Positions 12,730-25,950 of a DNA stretch of 64,000 nucleotides are shown here, piece after piece. The position numbers and the translations under genes are program-made. The stretch's first letter is position 1, and the number at the start of each line of letters is the position of its first letter. Under the pieces are notes generated by a model. That model worked only from the letters and a program-made list of their open reading frames with translations, searched no databases and was not told where the DNA came from. The stretch is from Phoronis australis (lineage: Eukaryota > Animalia > Phoronida): positions 124,001 to 188,000 of the forward strand of contig NMRA01000556.1 of NCBI GenBank assembly GCA_002633005.1. The letters are read 5' to 3'.

Positions 12730-13411
12730 GCAATGTATCAAAAGGATAAATATACGAAATTCGTTTATTTGCGAGCTACAACACAAAAATGGCGCCTCAT
12801 GAGACACGTGACTTCATGTCCATTAATAATAGAATATCAAATCTTTGTCTGTATTTATATGTACTTCGAACTAATGAACATTGACCAAATAGCAATTTTA
12901 ATTCATATTTTATATTAAAAAATAATATAAAGAGAAAGTGCATGTATTTATAGTCCGAAATGCCGACACTGGACTATTGCCCTTTTAAACTACCGACCTA
13001 GAACTGTCCAGGTTTGAGCAAAATAATCATATCCTTTCAGAGTGCAAAATATTTTCTGTTTCCCCAGCAAGACACCCATTTTTACGTATACACGTCATGG
13101 TTTGAACTGTTGTTACCACCATAATATCAGACAGGTTCGACACCACAGGGAAAATGATATTTCTTTCAGCTTTTAAGCTGTATAAAACACGTTACTATGC
13201 CTCCACTTTTTTAAACTACTGGCTCGTCCTTCTCTAAGGCGATATTTTGCTGTTGCTTCGGCAAAATCTGTCAACCTACCGGGCGGGCAAACAAATGCGT
13301 GCTTTTACTTCCTTCCACCATAATGTCTTTAAGAAATTTTCATTCGTATCTAAGGTGGTAGACAGAACCTGTCGGCATCAGAAACTTTGGTTTTGCTCCT
13401 TTTGTGTAGAG

Positions 13412-13806
13412 CAGGGCCCGGTCTCTAATCTTTGTACTCAAAACGAACTCGAAACTATTTTTGGCAATTTCTCTGCTCCTTTTGTGCGAACTTAAGATAA
13501 TTGTGCTCGAATGCATTAAAGTTTATGCATAGGAGTTTCTAGTTCAAGTTTGCCCTTGAAGACCCTTATATTTGTGCTACAAACTCGAGTAAAAACTCGA
13601 AATTTCGAGTTCAAACTCGAATTTATTGCTTTAATATTGGGTTTACAAACTGTGAACTAAGGGCAATAACTTATCTACGTAAGTTATTGTGTACTAGAGC
13701 ATAGAATAATAGACACATATCTTGAGTTCGCCCAGAAGTAGAGTAGAAAATGCCAAACTTAATTTCGAGTTCCATTTCGAGTAAAAAGATTGGAGACCGG
13801 GCCCTG
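13412..13806 (-). mobile_element. ~400-bp MITE, copy 2 (inverted, nested in the 3.9-kb element)
   Basis: Reverse complement of 4966-5372 with a ~12-bp internal deletion. Confidence 0.9.
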
Positions 13807-15244
13807 GCCATTTACTGCATTAGCGATGACTCCAAGGCAATAAAACATTGGTCGAAATAAACCAAACTATCGTGGACTAAAACTGGTGTTTTTTTCTATG
13901 AAATCGTCTTCCGAAATTGAATTTTCCATGAAAAATTTTGTTATTGTCGTTTGTTCCCGAAGGAATACGATAGAAATTAACCAAATACGATGTCATTGTT
14001 GTGCTTACCAAGGGAAGTGTGCTTACTGTAATGCTGTATACACAATTGGTTTATGACCAATAAATACTTGTTACCTGATCCAGGAAACTCCTTTCGTGTA
14101 GAGTTGAAACTGTTCGCTGTACATTTTTGACTATGCCATAAAACTACTCATGTTAAAAAAAACGTGTAAAGCACATAGGGACACATCTATAAGTTCGACC
14201 TGGCACATTTGATAGAATTTCATTCACACAATCCCAGAAAGAAGGCGTTAAGTGTGTAAACGGTTTTCTTCCGTGTGACAAATATCATGCAAACTCATGA
14301 AATATGACGTTGCTTTCGTAAAATGTAAAAATGGTACATTTCTCGCACGTGCATTCGACGTAAATTGTAACAATTTCATAAAATTAACAATTGTTACACT
14401 TTAGGAGAGACCTAGAAACGTAAAATGTAACAGTTGTTACATTTTTCGAAATTGTTACATTTTACGGCGTATCAGACCCCTAAGCTCAAAAAGAACTGGG
14501 AGTCCGCTAGTAACTAAGACGAGGCTCGTTAATGCTAAAAGGCTCACAAAGTTTTATAGTCACCCGGCTGGGTTTGTTTCAGTCTCCAAAGTAATATCTA
14601 AAGCTCCCTCCTTGAGATATTGCGCCAATAACGCCAAGTCAAAACCTCATTTAAAACTCATTGCGACAAAAAATAAGGTTACCATGATGGACTGGAGCCT
14701 CGAAGTGCATCACCTACGCCTCGGCACAAACGGAAATGACGTCAAGGTCCCCGAACTAACAGGCGTTCGGAGTTGTCCCACCTACATGTACACCAACGGC
14801 ACAAAATTTGAAAATCCTTGAGGACTGCCAAGGAGAACGACATGTAAACGAGTTATCCAGCAAACGTTTAGCTGTTGACGCAAAAGAAACTAGGATTATA
14901 TTCAATAGATGGCGCTATATTTGCTCCTGGCGCTTGATCAATGATTTCCAGAACAACGTAAAATTGGGATTTGCTTGATGTAAAAGCAGTATGAAACCCG
15001 TGCTTTCTGACAAAAAACAAAATTCAGGTTACTAACCGTTGTGAAATTTGTATCAAATTGTCTCTTGATTAAAATGCATGTAGGTTGAAAAACTGAGAGT
15101 TCAGTGCCTTGTGGTCAAACTCATGCATTTTCATGTCTCGGGTTTAATGCCGCTTTGAGTGATATAATGCGTGATTAAGACAATGCTGCATCAACTTTTA
15201 ATTATTGAAACAGGCTATAGATATCTTAAAAATGATGAATTATT

Positions 15245-15632
15245 GGCTCCGCCCACACGATTGCGCTTCCGTTTGAAAATAAAATCTTTTCTTTACTGAT
15301 ACGCCCTCAGTCCTCTCGTATTCAATATAAACAGCAACCAAACTCGCCACTTTTGTATGCGGTCTCCACAATGGAAATATTTAAGATGGCTTTATCTTTG
15401 CAAACGTGTGGACGATGAAAATAAGTTTTTGAAAACCCTTATTACGTAATACTCTGTCACATCAAGTATGAAATACATGTATGCCCAATCCCATTATTTA
15501 CTAGTGTTGCCATTTTTGTGATCATGTGACGTATGAAACAAAATTGCTACGAGTGTGTGGAGAACTTCTTGAAAAAACGTGAAGAAGCAGTTGTGTTTCC
15601 AAAATGAAAACGCAGTCGTGTTGACAGGAGCT
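15245..15632. mobile_element. PIF/Harbinger-like MITE
   Basis: GGCTCCGCCCACACGATTGCG..TTTGAAAA / TTTCCAAAATGAAAACGCAGTCGTGTTGACAGGAGC inverted ends; internal GTGTGGA repeats. Confidence 0.65.
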
Positions 15633-16179
15633 TACACGAGTTTCACGGATCGGGTCTGATCATCGATATTTATGTTTTCCTGGATCAGTCCACAGTGGAG
15701 AATCATATGTTTAGCTTGATGTAACGAAAATGTTTAAAAACTCATTTTACCACAAGCCCTGGCATTCTTATTTAATACTCCCGACATCGACAATAGCTGA
15801 TACTGAGTTTCCAGTGGCAACACGGCAACAAAAAATAAATAAAAAGTCGAATAAATCCATGATACAAACTGTTTTTCCGACAACCTAACGCTGTTTCTTT
15901 GGTCTTCATTACGTCACTGTAACTGCGCGTGCAGTAACAATGATGTGATGCACACGCAGCCCAACAATGGATTTTGTGCATCTAGTTTCTTAATTTACTT
16001 CATTCAGCAAAAATAATGACCGAATTACACGTTCACTTTGTCTGCTAACATGGACGTGCCAAAATATTTGCATGAACATATGTAAGAGTACTCATTCACG
16101 GCACGGACTTATGTCTTGGCACGATAAGAACGTCAGAATTGAGCAAGTAACAAATTAGTCGGTAAACCAATCCTTATAA

Positions 16180-17480
16180 ATAGGGTTGTAAGTCCCCACA
16201 GTGAAAGTGTAGAATCAAGTGCCATACACATCACACTCGAATGACACGTCAAACATTAATCCGCACGTGTCGAAATTGCGATCGCGTGAACACATTTATC
16301 TTACGAAATACTACAGCGAATATAACTGCACGGAAATCAAGCCTTTCGAAAGATTTTATTCATTCAAAGAGTCGATTTTTACTTTTCGCTTGTCACTCCT
16401 CCATTTGTATTTTTCATGTTAATTTTCCAGTGAACTCATGGACCGAAGCATTCACTGGGCTCATTAATTGGGTCACCACATGACGTCCTTAAAATGAGGC
16501 GAAATAGAACCATATATTCCTGCATACAGATATTCCGAGAAATCACCCCTCGCTCCGTCCATCAAATACATGTATGTTTCATTTTATGCTTAAATTTATA
16601 TGTACCACGTCTTGAAACTAATCTATTTTAAATCGTTTGCATAGACGTCTCATTGTCAAAACAGAAACGACCTCAAACAGGTAACCTCCGATGCCTTGTC
16701 TACCTAGCTTGATCACGGCTGGGCCTAAATCGTAATTGGGCCGTGTTTTGGCAACGAAAATTCTATAACAAGTGGGAAACTTCTAATTCAGCGGCAGATA
16801 AGTTGTGCTTTAACTCGACGCATTCATAATTGAATAGAAACTTGACAAGCAGCCCATGTAGTATAAAGTGAGGCATTTCATATCCCTACTGTGGTTTTAT
16901 TGGCCGAAACCTCATGAAAGTAAACTCCACTGCGCTTGAAACTTCTGGATATATCTTTATTGTTCGGTTTTATGACGTCATGCACACGCAGATTATGTTT
17001 AATTTCGAATATATATACAAGCAGTACGTATGCACAGTGCTGACGCTTTGATCTCATCAACTTCAAGCACAACAAACATTTCGGCATTATTTCGGTGGCT
17101 TCCATAAAAATCATAATAACAATCCACACTGCCTCATCGAGTTTTGTGCTTTTGAATTTTCGTCATCAAGTTACTACTCAAAGGTCCTTAATGCGATCAA
17201 AGGAAAAAAGATAACAGGTTTATGAGTTACTGATTTCATAGAGACCAATTCATATTCGAGAATGAAATCGTTAGTAGCCCAACGTTTATGTTGATAACGT
17301 TAATTTTGTAACAGGTGGGTTAAGGAACAGCTCAACAGTTCCAAACAACCACAGAAACCAAGGGCGCATTCCGTAGACACAAGGCCTCTGTCGAGTGAGG
17401 GTAGTGCAATCACTTGCTTCGCTTATAATGCATCAGGCGATATCTCGTGACGAATTTTGTGATATCCCTTTTGTTGAAAG
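16180..17480 (-). pseudogene. CTLD pseudogene segment D1
   Basis: EAVWIV..RQHCAYV..YFHEVSANKTTVGI* (17140-16878); FRCQ..SRDQAR*..IGGYLFEV (16760-16660); DTCGLM..FHCGDLQPYL* (16290-16180). Confidence 0.7.
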
Positions 17481-17989
17481 AAACTTGCTCTATGCAATAG
17501 GGGAGAGGAACAGCGTCACATACTTCATGCACGTGCAGTCAGCATGCTAGCCAAGTGAGTTAAAGCGGCATCAATCACGTGTTTCTTGTCAAAAAACAAG
17601 TTTTAATTTAGACCACGTTACGTTGTAAAATTGACTTAACTTCGTTTTATACTAAGTTTAGAATTGGTATCTAGGCTGGGATAAACAAAAAAGCGAAACG
17701 AGTGCCGGAAAGACAAGAGAAACTTAGTAGGTCCTGAAAATTAAATTTAGTCGCCGACAGCGTTTTGCCTAAGCCGTCTGATCAACGAACTGCCACTTTT
17801 TGAACCCCTAATATTACCTTCAATTTGATTAAGAGTCAGCACACACAGAGGACTACGCGCCTTGAATGCAAATGAGCTCAACTCAGAGATCATGCTTGCG
17901 GCAATTGAAATAAATTTTGTGGATTTTGCCTCACGAATTCAGTGGCGAGGCAAATGTTTTGGTAGCTCTGTGACACCCAGTGTTCACCT

Positions 17990-18141
17990 GGCGTGCGTTC
18001 AGTAACGCTAGGACCTACGCTAGGATCTAGCTAAAACCTAGCCACAGTCACGTGATCGTATTTAAAATACACGGCAATATCTCACGTAATCTCGCGATGT
18101 CTTGCTTTTTAGCGAGATCCTAGCGTTACTGAATTGGAGGC
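17990..18141. mobile_element. Small TIR element (Harbinger-like MITE)
   Basis: TTCAGTAACGCTAGGA ... TCCTAGCGTTACTGAA inverted repeat. Confidence 0.65.
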
Positions 18142-18336
18142 TGGCTTCAAGGCCAGCGGGAACGTTGCTCGGGGCGGTGGTGCTCTACTAATTATGACGG
18201 AGGATTGCTGCTGAGAAATTAGGATACCAAGTCTTGTAGAAAGTAATTTCCGAAATTCGCGATTGCTTACGAATAAAAAGGTGTCTTTGTTAAAAGAGAT
18301 TTTATTTCTGGCTTGGAAAGAACTTATAGCTCGTTA

Positions 18337-18478
18337 TTTCATGAGAGCTGGCTCTAAAAATTGGCTTATCACGATACGTCACTTCATGAGAGTTGGTCTC
18401 GAAATGTTGACTTGTCACGGTACGTCACTTCATGAGAGATGACTCTAACAGTTGACTTGTCACGGTAAGTCACTTCAT
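18337..18478. repeat. ~46-bp minisatellite, 3 copies
   Basis: Unit TTCATGAGAG..TTGACTTGTCACGGTACGTCAC. Confidence 0.8.
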
Positions 18479-18650
18479 TTACTGGAAGAAAACCAACAGT
18501 CACTTCCTTCTAAAACTAAAAAGAACTTCTCATACGTGATTAAGGAACAAGATGGCTCAATTTTGTAACGGTGGTCTGAATTGAAAACTGAATTTCTTCC
18601 ACGGAACTATGTCTTATTGTCGCTTTACATGCAGGTTATATTGAACTTAA

Positions 18651-20318
18651 AGGAGAATGCCACCCGATTTAATTAGTCTTTTTTGCCGTCTTAATCGGTC
18701 TATATCCACATCGCCTCGCATACGGTCGACCTTACCTTGCCAAGAGGTGTCGCGTTAACCAGTGAGGAAGGTGAGAAATGACGCTAGCGACGTCAATGGT
18801 TCATATGCAGAGTGAATGCCGCTGTGTTGCGGTGCATCGTTCCCGCTTGTCCGAACTAAGCAGCTGCGAGGAAAGCGGGTATATCTTTTTTTTTTTACTT
18901 CCTCGAGAGTCCGAAATGCTTAGAAAGTGGCTCATGGTAGTGAAGAATTAAATGTACGCTGTAAATAGCAAGTATGAGGCCGTGAAACATCTCCGTCTCT
19001 GTGGCCTGCAGACATCGACAATGCCTGACGAATGCCGGCTTACCAAATAACTCCATACGTTCCGTTGTCTGAGCTTGTTCACGGCGCCTCTGTAGTATTT
19101 CTTCATCATTGTATTCTTGTTCGAATTGATAGCCTGTAAAACTAAACGATCCACCTGCGAATTCGGGAATGATGAGCTCTAGCTCGTCCTAAGTCGGGAT
19201 TGCGACGGTTGCCTTGTTGGCGTTTATTACTGATCATTCTGTTTCAAAATGAATTATTCTCACCCTAACCAATACTTATATAAAACTGAAACAAAGTTTG
19301 TCTCATTAGATGCAATTTGTAATGCCTTATGAGTGTTTGTGAGTGCAAATGATTTGAGAAGCCAGCAATGAATAAATCACTGCGTTACCGGCTTTAGGTG
19401 CAATAAAACTAATTGACGGGACACCGAGGCCGTGTGAGCTCATGCTAATTTAGTGTTTGCAGGCAGAAACTGTTGTGAAACATCTCGATTTCCATCCCAC
19501 GGCCAGGTGTTAGGGTCAAATCTTTATCAAATAATGATTGTCAATGTACAACATCTACCCTGACGGTACTGTGGCCAATGCAGAACCTGAATTCGCGGCC
19601 CCCGACTTGTAAGTAGATTTGCAGTTTCGTGGCTAATTCATCAACATAATCACGTGCACATTACTTTGGCTCACTAGTATAGTATTTTCTTGACTGGAAG
19701 TTTAGTTTCCACTGAACTTTGGCTGATTTATATTCGTGATGTCTGATCAGTTTCCGAGCCCCTGGACGGGATAACGAGTCGGCCCGGCGGCCGCGACGGG
19801 CCTGATCGGGCTCCGAGCCACTGGCCAGGATAACAAGCGTTTTTTGTTTAGAACTAAAAAAATCACAAGTCTAAACAACACAGATCTACGTTCTCCTGTC
19901 TGTATCTCACGGAAAATACTTCGAAATTATCTCCGAACAGACCCCAAACTCCTGCTACGGACCTTATTGCCTAACTTTGTAGGCTACGGTGTTTCCAAAT
20001 ACCAATAAATCCGTAAGAGCGAAAAAAATAACACGTTTTTATACATGTAAGAACTCGGTGTATTTTTAAGGGTTTTACATCGAATTTTGATGATTTATTG
20101 GTGTTAAACGATGACTTCAAACGATAAGCTGACACCAGTAACCAGTGTTGTGAACTGCTGAAAAGACTGCGTGTGAAACCGATGACGTCATTGGATAATT
20201 TCAACACCTCCGCCTGCCGTCAGGTGTCAGGTAACGCAACCGTACGTGTCCTTATGGAGTAGAACCACTCGATCTAAATTGATACAAATTAGGTTGTTTT
20301 TTTGGGTGGCATGCTCCT
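18651..20318. mobile_element. Kolobok-like non-autonomous DNA transposon
   Basis: TTAA|AGGAGAATGCCACCC ... GGGTGGCATGCTCCT|TTGA (15-bp TIR with 1 mismatch, TTAA-type target). Confidence 0.65.
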
Positions 20319-22649
20319 TTGATCGATTGTTAGCCGAATATCTAAAAACACTAAGTAAAGGTAAATATTTTTGAAAGTAGAAACGTTGCTCATGATGAAA
20401 GTTCAAAAACACTGCCACATTTTTCTTAGTTATCATTTTATGTTCGTTTTATGCAACTTTTTATTTCTTCATAAAATTTTCAAAAGTCTTAGTTTTGTTA
20501 GGCCCTCATGAAAAAGTGGAATATTTTATAAACAATTCCTGGCACTGTTTAGCAGAACAGTGCATGAAGCATATTATATGATAGTTACATATGAATCTGA
20601 TTTGCCTTTCCAGATATATGACGTTCCGACATTAACCAAACTTGGATATTTTCCCAGGGTCATACATGTACTTAACGTGAATGGATAATCTGGCAGTGGG
20701 AACTGTGAGAATGCGATTGTTCATGGTACTCGATCCTTGAACAAAAACAACAGCTAAAATGGTGACCTGCGTTTTTAAATACCGCAGGGTGTTTTAATAG
20801 TGTGTCACATAATATTCGATGTTCACTAATTAAACACGTGTATTTTCCTGCGCGCTCTCGTGAGAAGGTCGTCTTCTCACGTAACCCGAGGCAAAGTGTA
20901 CTGTGTATTGATGAATTAGAAGACTGAAGGACATGACAGGTTGCTGACCCGACAGCCAAATGGCGCTTCCTAGAGATAGTTACGACTCAATATCAATGCA
21001 TTTTATTTGAAACATTTTTAAATATGATGTTCTTTATTTGTGAATTGAAAAATGAATCCAAGATGGCGTATATTCATATTTTAAATAATTTTGACGTCGT
21101 CATTGACCGGGACTATCGTTGTTTTGCCTCCGAAATTTATAGATACCGATATTTTTAGTTAATGCTTGTTTTTAACAAATTTTGAAACGTCATTTTCATG
21201 CCTGTCAACGTTTAAAAGGATTATTATCGATATAGCCATTTATTGCTTAGCTGGATTCATAAATTCCCATTTACAATTGCTACTAACCGTATTCTGGCGA
21301 ACTTGTCACCGCTAACCAATCATCGCGTTCTTATCTTTTGCTCGAATTGAAATTTTGTTACAATGAACTAACTCTAATTCTTTTGGGGACCATATTGTGG
21401 CAACTGACGTTAGCCGGCGTCATCTCAAGGAGCTTTCTGGGACTCTGTGTCCGGTGCACAGTCCCAGTAGGGACTCAAAGACTTTACGTATGTTTTTAGC
21501 ACATTTGTAGATTATTTGTTTACTCGGAAGTTTATTCCATCCAACAACAATACGTTTCCGCCGTAAAACCAAGAACGTCAATTTGAACACGTGGCATTGG
21601 ACACAAAGTCGACGCCGCGAACAACGGTTACCGCTATCGTGAATCTTGCTATGCATATGCATGTAATGTGGGGACGGCTTGCAAAAATAACTGAACCATC
21701 GACGTATAAAGGAGAATTTACGTTCACCAATGCACTTGTGCAGAGGTTCTGCAGTTACAAAAATTACAACACGTCGCCTTTGTGTAATAGTTTCATGATC
21801 CATATTCACGAGTTCACCAGTTGGCTGTAACACACGGGAGCGTAAATATCACATTGATTCTGTGACTGGTTCTTGTTCTCGTCCTTAACGGAAGTTGCAC
21901 ACTCCTTGACAATTGTGTTTAAGATTGGAATTTAAACGAAGACACTTCCGTTAGAATGTTGTCATGAGCTCTAAAGCATACTGTAGTATTCTTTAATCGT
22001 CGTCCAGTATTAACACTCGACCGGTGGCATAAATCACTTAAGACTCTTTAATTGTCCATAATCCGTCGTCACTAGTACAGTGTTGACCCTCATATGGCGT
22101 GAATCCTCACCGATTACGGCGCATTAACGTCTTGTTAGTAAATCCGTGTCACAGTTGTTGGTCAATCATTCAAGTGATCTCATAACATTGTCAAGCCATC
22201 TGCCGAGGCACCTACTTGTAGTGGCCATAGCATAATTGCGACATCGGGTGCAGTGTTTAGTGTTAACATAGATCATAGACAACAGGTTTGCAACTCCGAT
22301 ATTTTCTTAATATAACGTTCCCAAAGGGGCCGTCCCACTCTCTCCCAATGCACAATCCTGCTGCCGGTCAGTGAGTAGACATGAACGACGAACTATCGGG
22401 GAGTAAAAAAGTGCATAACGCCTGGCTCAGATAGTGAATAGTGACGTCATGCCTGATCGTGCTGGTCGCGGCTTGTGCCCAAGATAACGAATCACGTTCG
22501 TTGCAAATACGCAAAGTTGGCACTCCACCCTATAATCATGACTAAAAATTAAAAATAAAAAACAACTGCATGCAGTTTTAGGGGTTACACACATTTGTAC
22601 TTTAAAAGGTGGGACATTATCGGCGAGAACAACAATTTACGGACTACAT

Positions 22650-22725
22650 CCTTGATGTGGAATTGACCCTGCAACCCTAGAGGCCGCAAGCTAATGCTCT
22701 CCTGGTGGAACTAAACCTCACTCCC
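22650..22725 (-). repeat. Degenerate tRNA-like (SINE head-like) segment
   Basis: Box-A-like TAGTTCCACCAGG-AGAGCA and box-B-like GGGTCAATTCC at tRNA-like spacing; no intact cloverleaf. Confidence 0.35.
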
Positions 22726-23217
22726 TAAACAGCAGGATTTTTAAGCGTACTTAACTGGTAAAGCCATCGCGTTTGATTTCAGCGAATGTCTGAAAGACAA
22801 CGGCGAGAATTGGTGAATGCAAACAAACAATGGCTATTATTGGTTTTTAGTTCTGGTCAAAACTAACCAAAAGACCAATCCTAGCCTACGGTAATCTCAA
22901 ACTCTAAAAACCGTTAATGCCCTTTAACACATCCAACATCCGCTTGGATTTCCACCGAGGTTTTGAGAAATCTCTTACGAGGGCAAGTGTTAGCCCTTGG
23001 ACCGCACTAGAATACTTTTGTTTGTCCTTGTCTCATCTCTCAATCCCCTGACATGGATGAGTAGGTCGGTAAAACATTTTATTTTTTTTCACTGTTGTCG
23101 GCGTTAACATGTTAATATTCGTAGCAGAAATATTTCCTTTCTGCAATTTCGAAAAACACTTCTTATGTAAGAGTGCAAAAATGCTTCGAGCCGCAAGCAT
23201 ATTTTACGGAGACGGTA

Positions 23218-23350
23218 ATAAAAATAACAACGCCATAACAATAATAATAACAATAACAACAAAACTGATAACGATAGCAACTATAGTAATAATAATGATA
23301 GTGATGACGACGGCGGCGGCGGCGGCAAAGGCAACGGCGGCAGAGGCGGC
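23218..23350. repeat. (ATA)n/(GCG)n compound low-complexity tract
   Basis: Direct sequence. Confidence 0.8.
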
Positions 23351-25389
23351 GGGACGTCGACGAGGTGTGATAATCGTAATGCATGCTACGGAAACTCTAG
23401 TTTACATATATGTTATTGTCATTAGATGTTTCTTATTTTTGATTCCGTTATTGGTATTTGTCTGTTATTTCTGCAACGTACGCTTTTTAAGTTACGAGGG
23501 TGTATAAGTAAGTCCGCAACGAATTATTTTCTATCATGACTGCCTCGCTCTCACGTGGTTACCACGAAGAATGACTTGGCGTATTTCTTTACGCCATTTT
23601 GTGCCTATCCGAATAATTCCACTCACCCGCATGTTTGCACAAGAAAACAACAATGGTGTTAGTCAGCGAAACAATATGTGCGCCACTTTCATGGATGTGC
23701 CAAAGGACGCGCATGGATCATTAAATTCTAGTCTATCACGACTCGTTTCAGCCACAATGTATACATTTAACAATTTCATAATTTCCCCAGGCACTAGTTA
23801 TAGCTAATTAAAACAACGAGTGCTCCGATCACCGTACAAGCAGAAGACTCACAGGACGCAATCGATTTGAATAGAGCCACAAGGATGAAAGCACAGTCAC
23901 ACGCGTTTGGAAGCTTTTAGCAACAATCTTGTTTTTTCCCTGAAGACGAAGATAATACTTTTGAAATTTGTTTATGCGATCTCTCAGAAACTGCGTCTGT
24001 GAGTTACTCGGGTAGAAGGAGTTGATCTTTGCAAAATACAAGTATGATAACGGAAAGCAAACGGCGGAAATTTTAACAATGAGCTTTATAAATACAATGT
24101 TCATCACACGTCTATGTGTACTAGCTTCAAAACGACGGCATTCGGAATAATTCAAAACAAGTTTGAAAGTTTTCTTGAGCGCTCACACGTTTACTTAAGA
24201 ATTTACAGTATTACTTAGCAGTTCATAAGTTTACTTACGTGCACGGGTTTACACGTTTGCTTTCGGCTAAGCTCGTAACAGATAAATCTGCAAAACTTAA
24301 TTTGTTCAACACCTAAACATCGCCTTTTTGTTCTTCTACGTTTCCTTTATAATCCTTAATCGCGAAACAAGATTTCGCACATCGTTTGCTTGTGTACAGT
24401 CACTGTATCATCGACAACATCTCGGGTATTGCATAAAAGGTTATTTGTGCCCAAAAACCTAACCAGACCCGGGGCTAAAGGCAAACATCTGGTGGAACAC
24501 AATTTGGCTATCCATATCAAAACGATACGCTTGGCATTTGCAATGCTCACGGAAGCAAAAGATAGATTTTCTACTTCATCATAAATGGAGTCGATTCGGA
24601 TGTTTCATCGACATGATGTACCGTCAATTTTTGTATTTTTACCTGTTTATATCACTTTTAATTCACGAGACCACAACCTTTGTACACAGTATTTCGGCGA
24701 AGGAATACGCGGATAGTAGATTTCTATAATTTGGGACTACGAACGTTTGTGAAAGAAACGTGTTCATAAAAAGGTGTTTGTATCCCAAGTAAGAACAATG
24801 AGGGTAGAAAAGTTTTCAAAAGCAAGTCGGCGCATGATCGACAAACAAAGGCTGCCAGAAAAGTCTTCTGATTGGACATTTGAAATTGAATAAGTCCTGA
24901 GGTATTCCGTTTTTACTGAATCCAGTCACTCTTGTTCAAAGAGCACATACACCAATAGCCAATAGTTGATGTGCAACAGGGAACGAGTTGAAAAAGGCCT
25001 ATCACTGTTTATTAATTGCGAAGCTGAGATTTTTCATGCAAAAATCTTATAACACACATATTTGGCCGGCGTTATTGTCGCAAAAAATTCTACAACACCT
25101 TCGAAATCCCACTGCCAGAAATCCCTATACGAGTTACAACTGAACCGTGTACACAACACGCTCTATCGTCATATTACGTCATACATGTGATAATGAATTA
25201 TTAACGCGTCGCCGCACTACGGGAAAATGGACTTTCAATAAAAGTTTAACCTTCATGAAATATACAACGGCCAAAAACACCCCTGGGTTAATTTTAGTGC
25301 AGCTCAGCCTATTCTTATTATATGAACCTGATTTTGGAGAATAAAACCACTATTCAAGGCTGGCACGAAGCCTTCCGACTCACCCGCTG

Positions 25390-25950
25390 TACCCTCGCGG
25401 CAGAGAGAGTGCACTACTGTGTCGGAAAAATTCTTGCCGACACAATCGTACAAAGGAACGATGATTACATTGCGAGCACTTCCTAATTGTTTTTGTTCCA
25501 GATAAGAAGAACGTCTACCTCTGGGTCAGAAAATTCCGAAAATATGGATCCATTTCTAATCTCAATTATAGTTTCATTAGGATGGTGCTACGCTCGATAC
25601 CTCCAATGATGCGCTTGCGTAGTTACGTAATCACTTTGGGAACTTGTTCTGAAAACTGTTTTAGAATGATCTTCGAGTACTTTGGACTTATCGGCATCTG
25701 TTCTCTGGGGCTAGGCGACAGACAAAGTGAACGAGGACAATCGAAATACGCCGGCAGAATTGAAAAGGAACATTACGCGGGAGTTTCAGGCCACCACACC
25801 ACGTGNNNNGGGGGGGGGGGGCGAGGAGGAGTGGGTGATTGACAATTTCCGTCGGCGAATTCAGGTGTGTCTGCAGCGTCAAGGTGTTTACCTGGAACAT
25901 GGCATATGATATCGTGAAAGTGTCCCGTGGTATAATATTTGGCCACCCTG
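25390..25950 (+). mobile_element. Internally deleted Tc1/mariner transposase relic
   Basis: N-terminal HTH remnant (PDKKNVYLWVRKFRKYGS) joined to a C-terminus (LWG..DKVNEDNRNTPAELKRNITREF..VIDNFRRRIQVCLQRQG..LEH); right end TTGGCCACCCTG|TA. Confidence 0.8.

Larger units (their letters stand above)
10529..14474. mobile_element. 3.9-kb non-autonomous DNA transposon: TG..CA ends, ~170-bp TIRs, 6-bp TSD
   Basis: TGATAAGCCGTAAAATGTAACAATTTCG... / ...CGAAATTGTTACATTTTACGGCGTATCA; TIR similarity 10529-10701 vs 14299-14474; GACCCC at 10523-10528 and 14475-14480; no transposase ORF. Confidence 0.85.
20610..25200 (-). pseudogene. CTLD pseudogene segment D2 (about 7-8 domains)
   Basis: FLAVGISK..NMCVI..FQLVPC..IGVC (25.2-24.9 kb); YSFAEILC..LIWIA..QTMCE (24.7-24.37 kb); SECRR..SAVCF..SLWL..DPCAS..FLCK (24.15-23.63 kb); GLCIGREWDGPFGN..VCFRAHDNILTEVSS..QGVC (22.36-21.89 kb); QCDIYAPVCYS; GSATCHVL..LCLGLR..YTCLI..ILCD (21.0-20.77 kb). 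Confidence 0.7.

Noticed and set aside
22650-22725. Functional tRNA gene
   Set aside because: The stems do not pair and the boxes are degenerate; at most a SINE-like remnant.
23494-23810. Mariner element starting TACGAGGGTG with a plus-strand MCATFMD motif
   Set aside because: No matching right TIR, and the minus strand reads better as a CTLD C-terminus (DPCAS..FLCK, gtgag donor).
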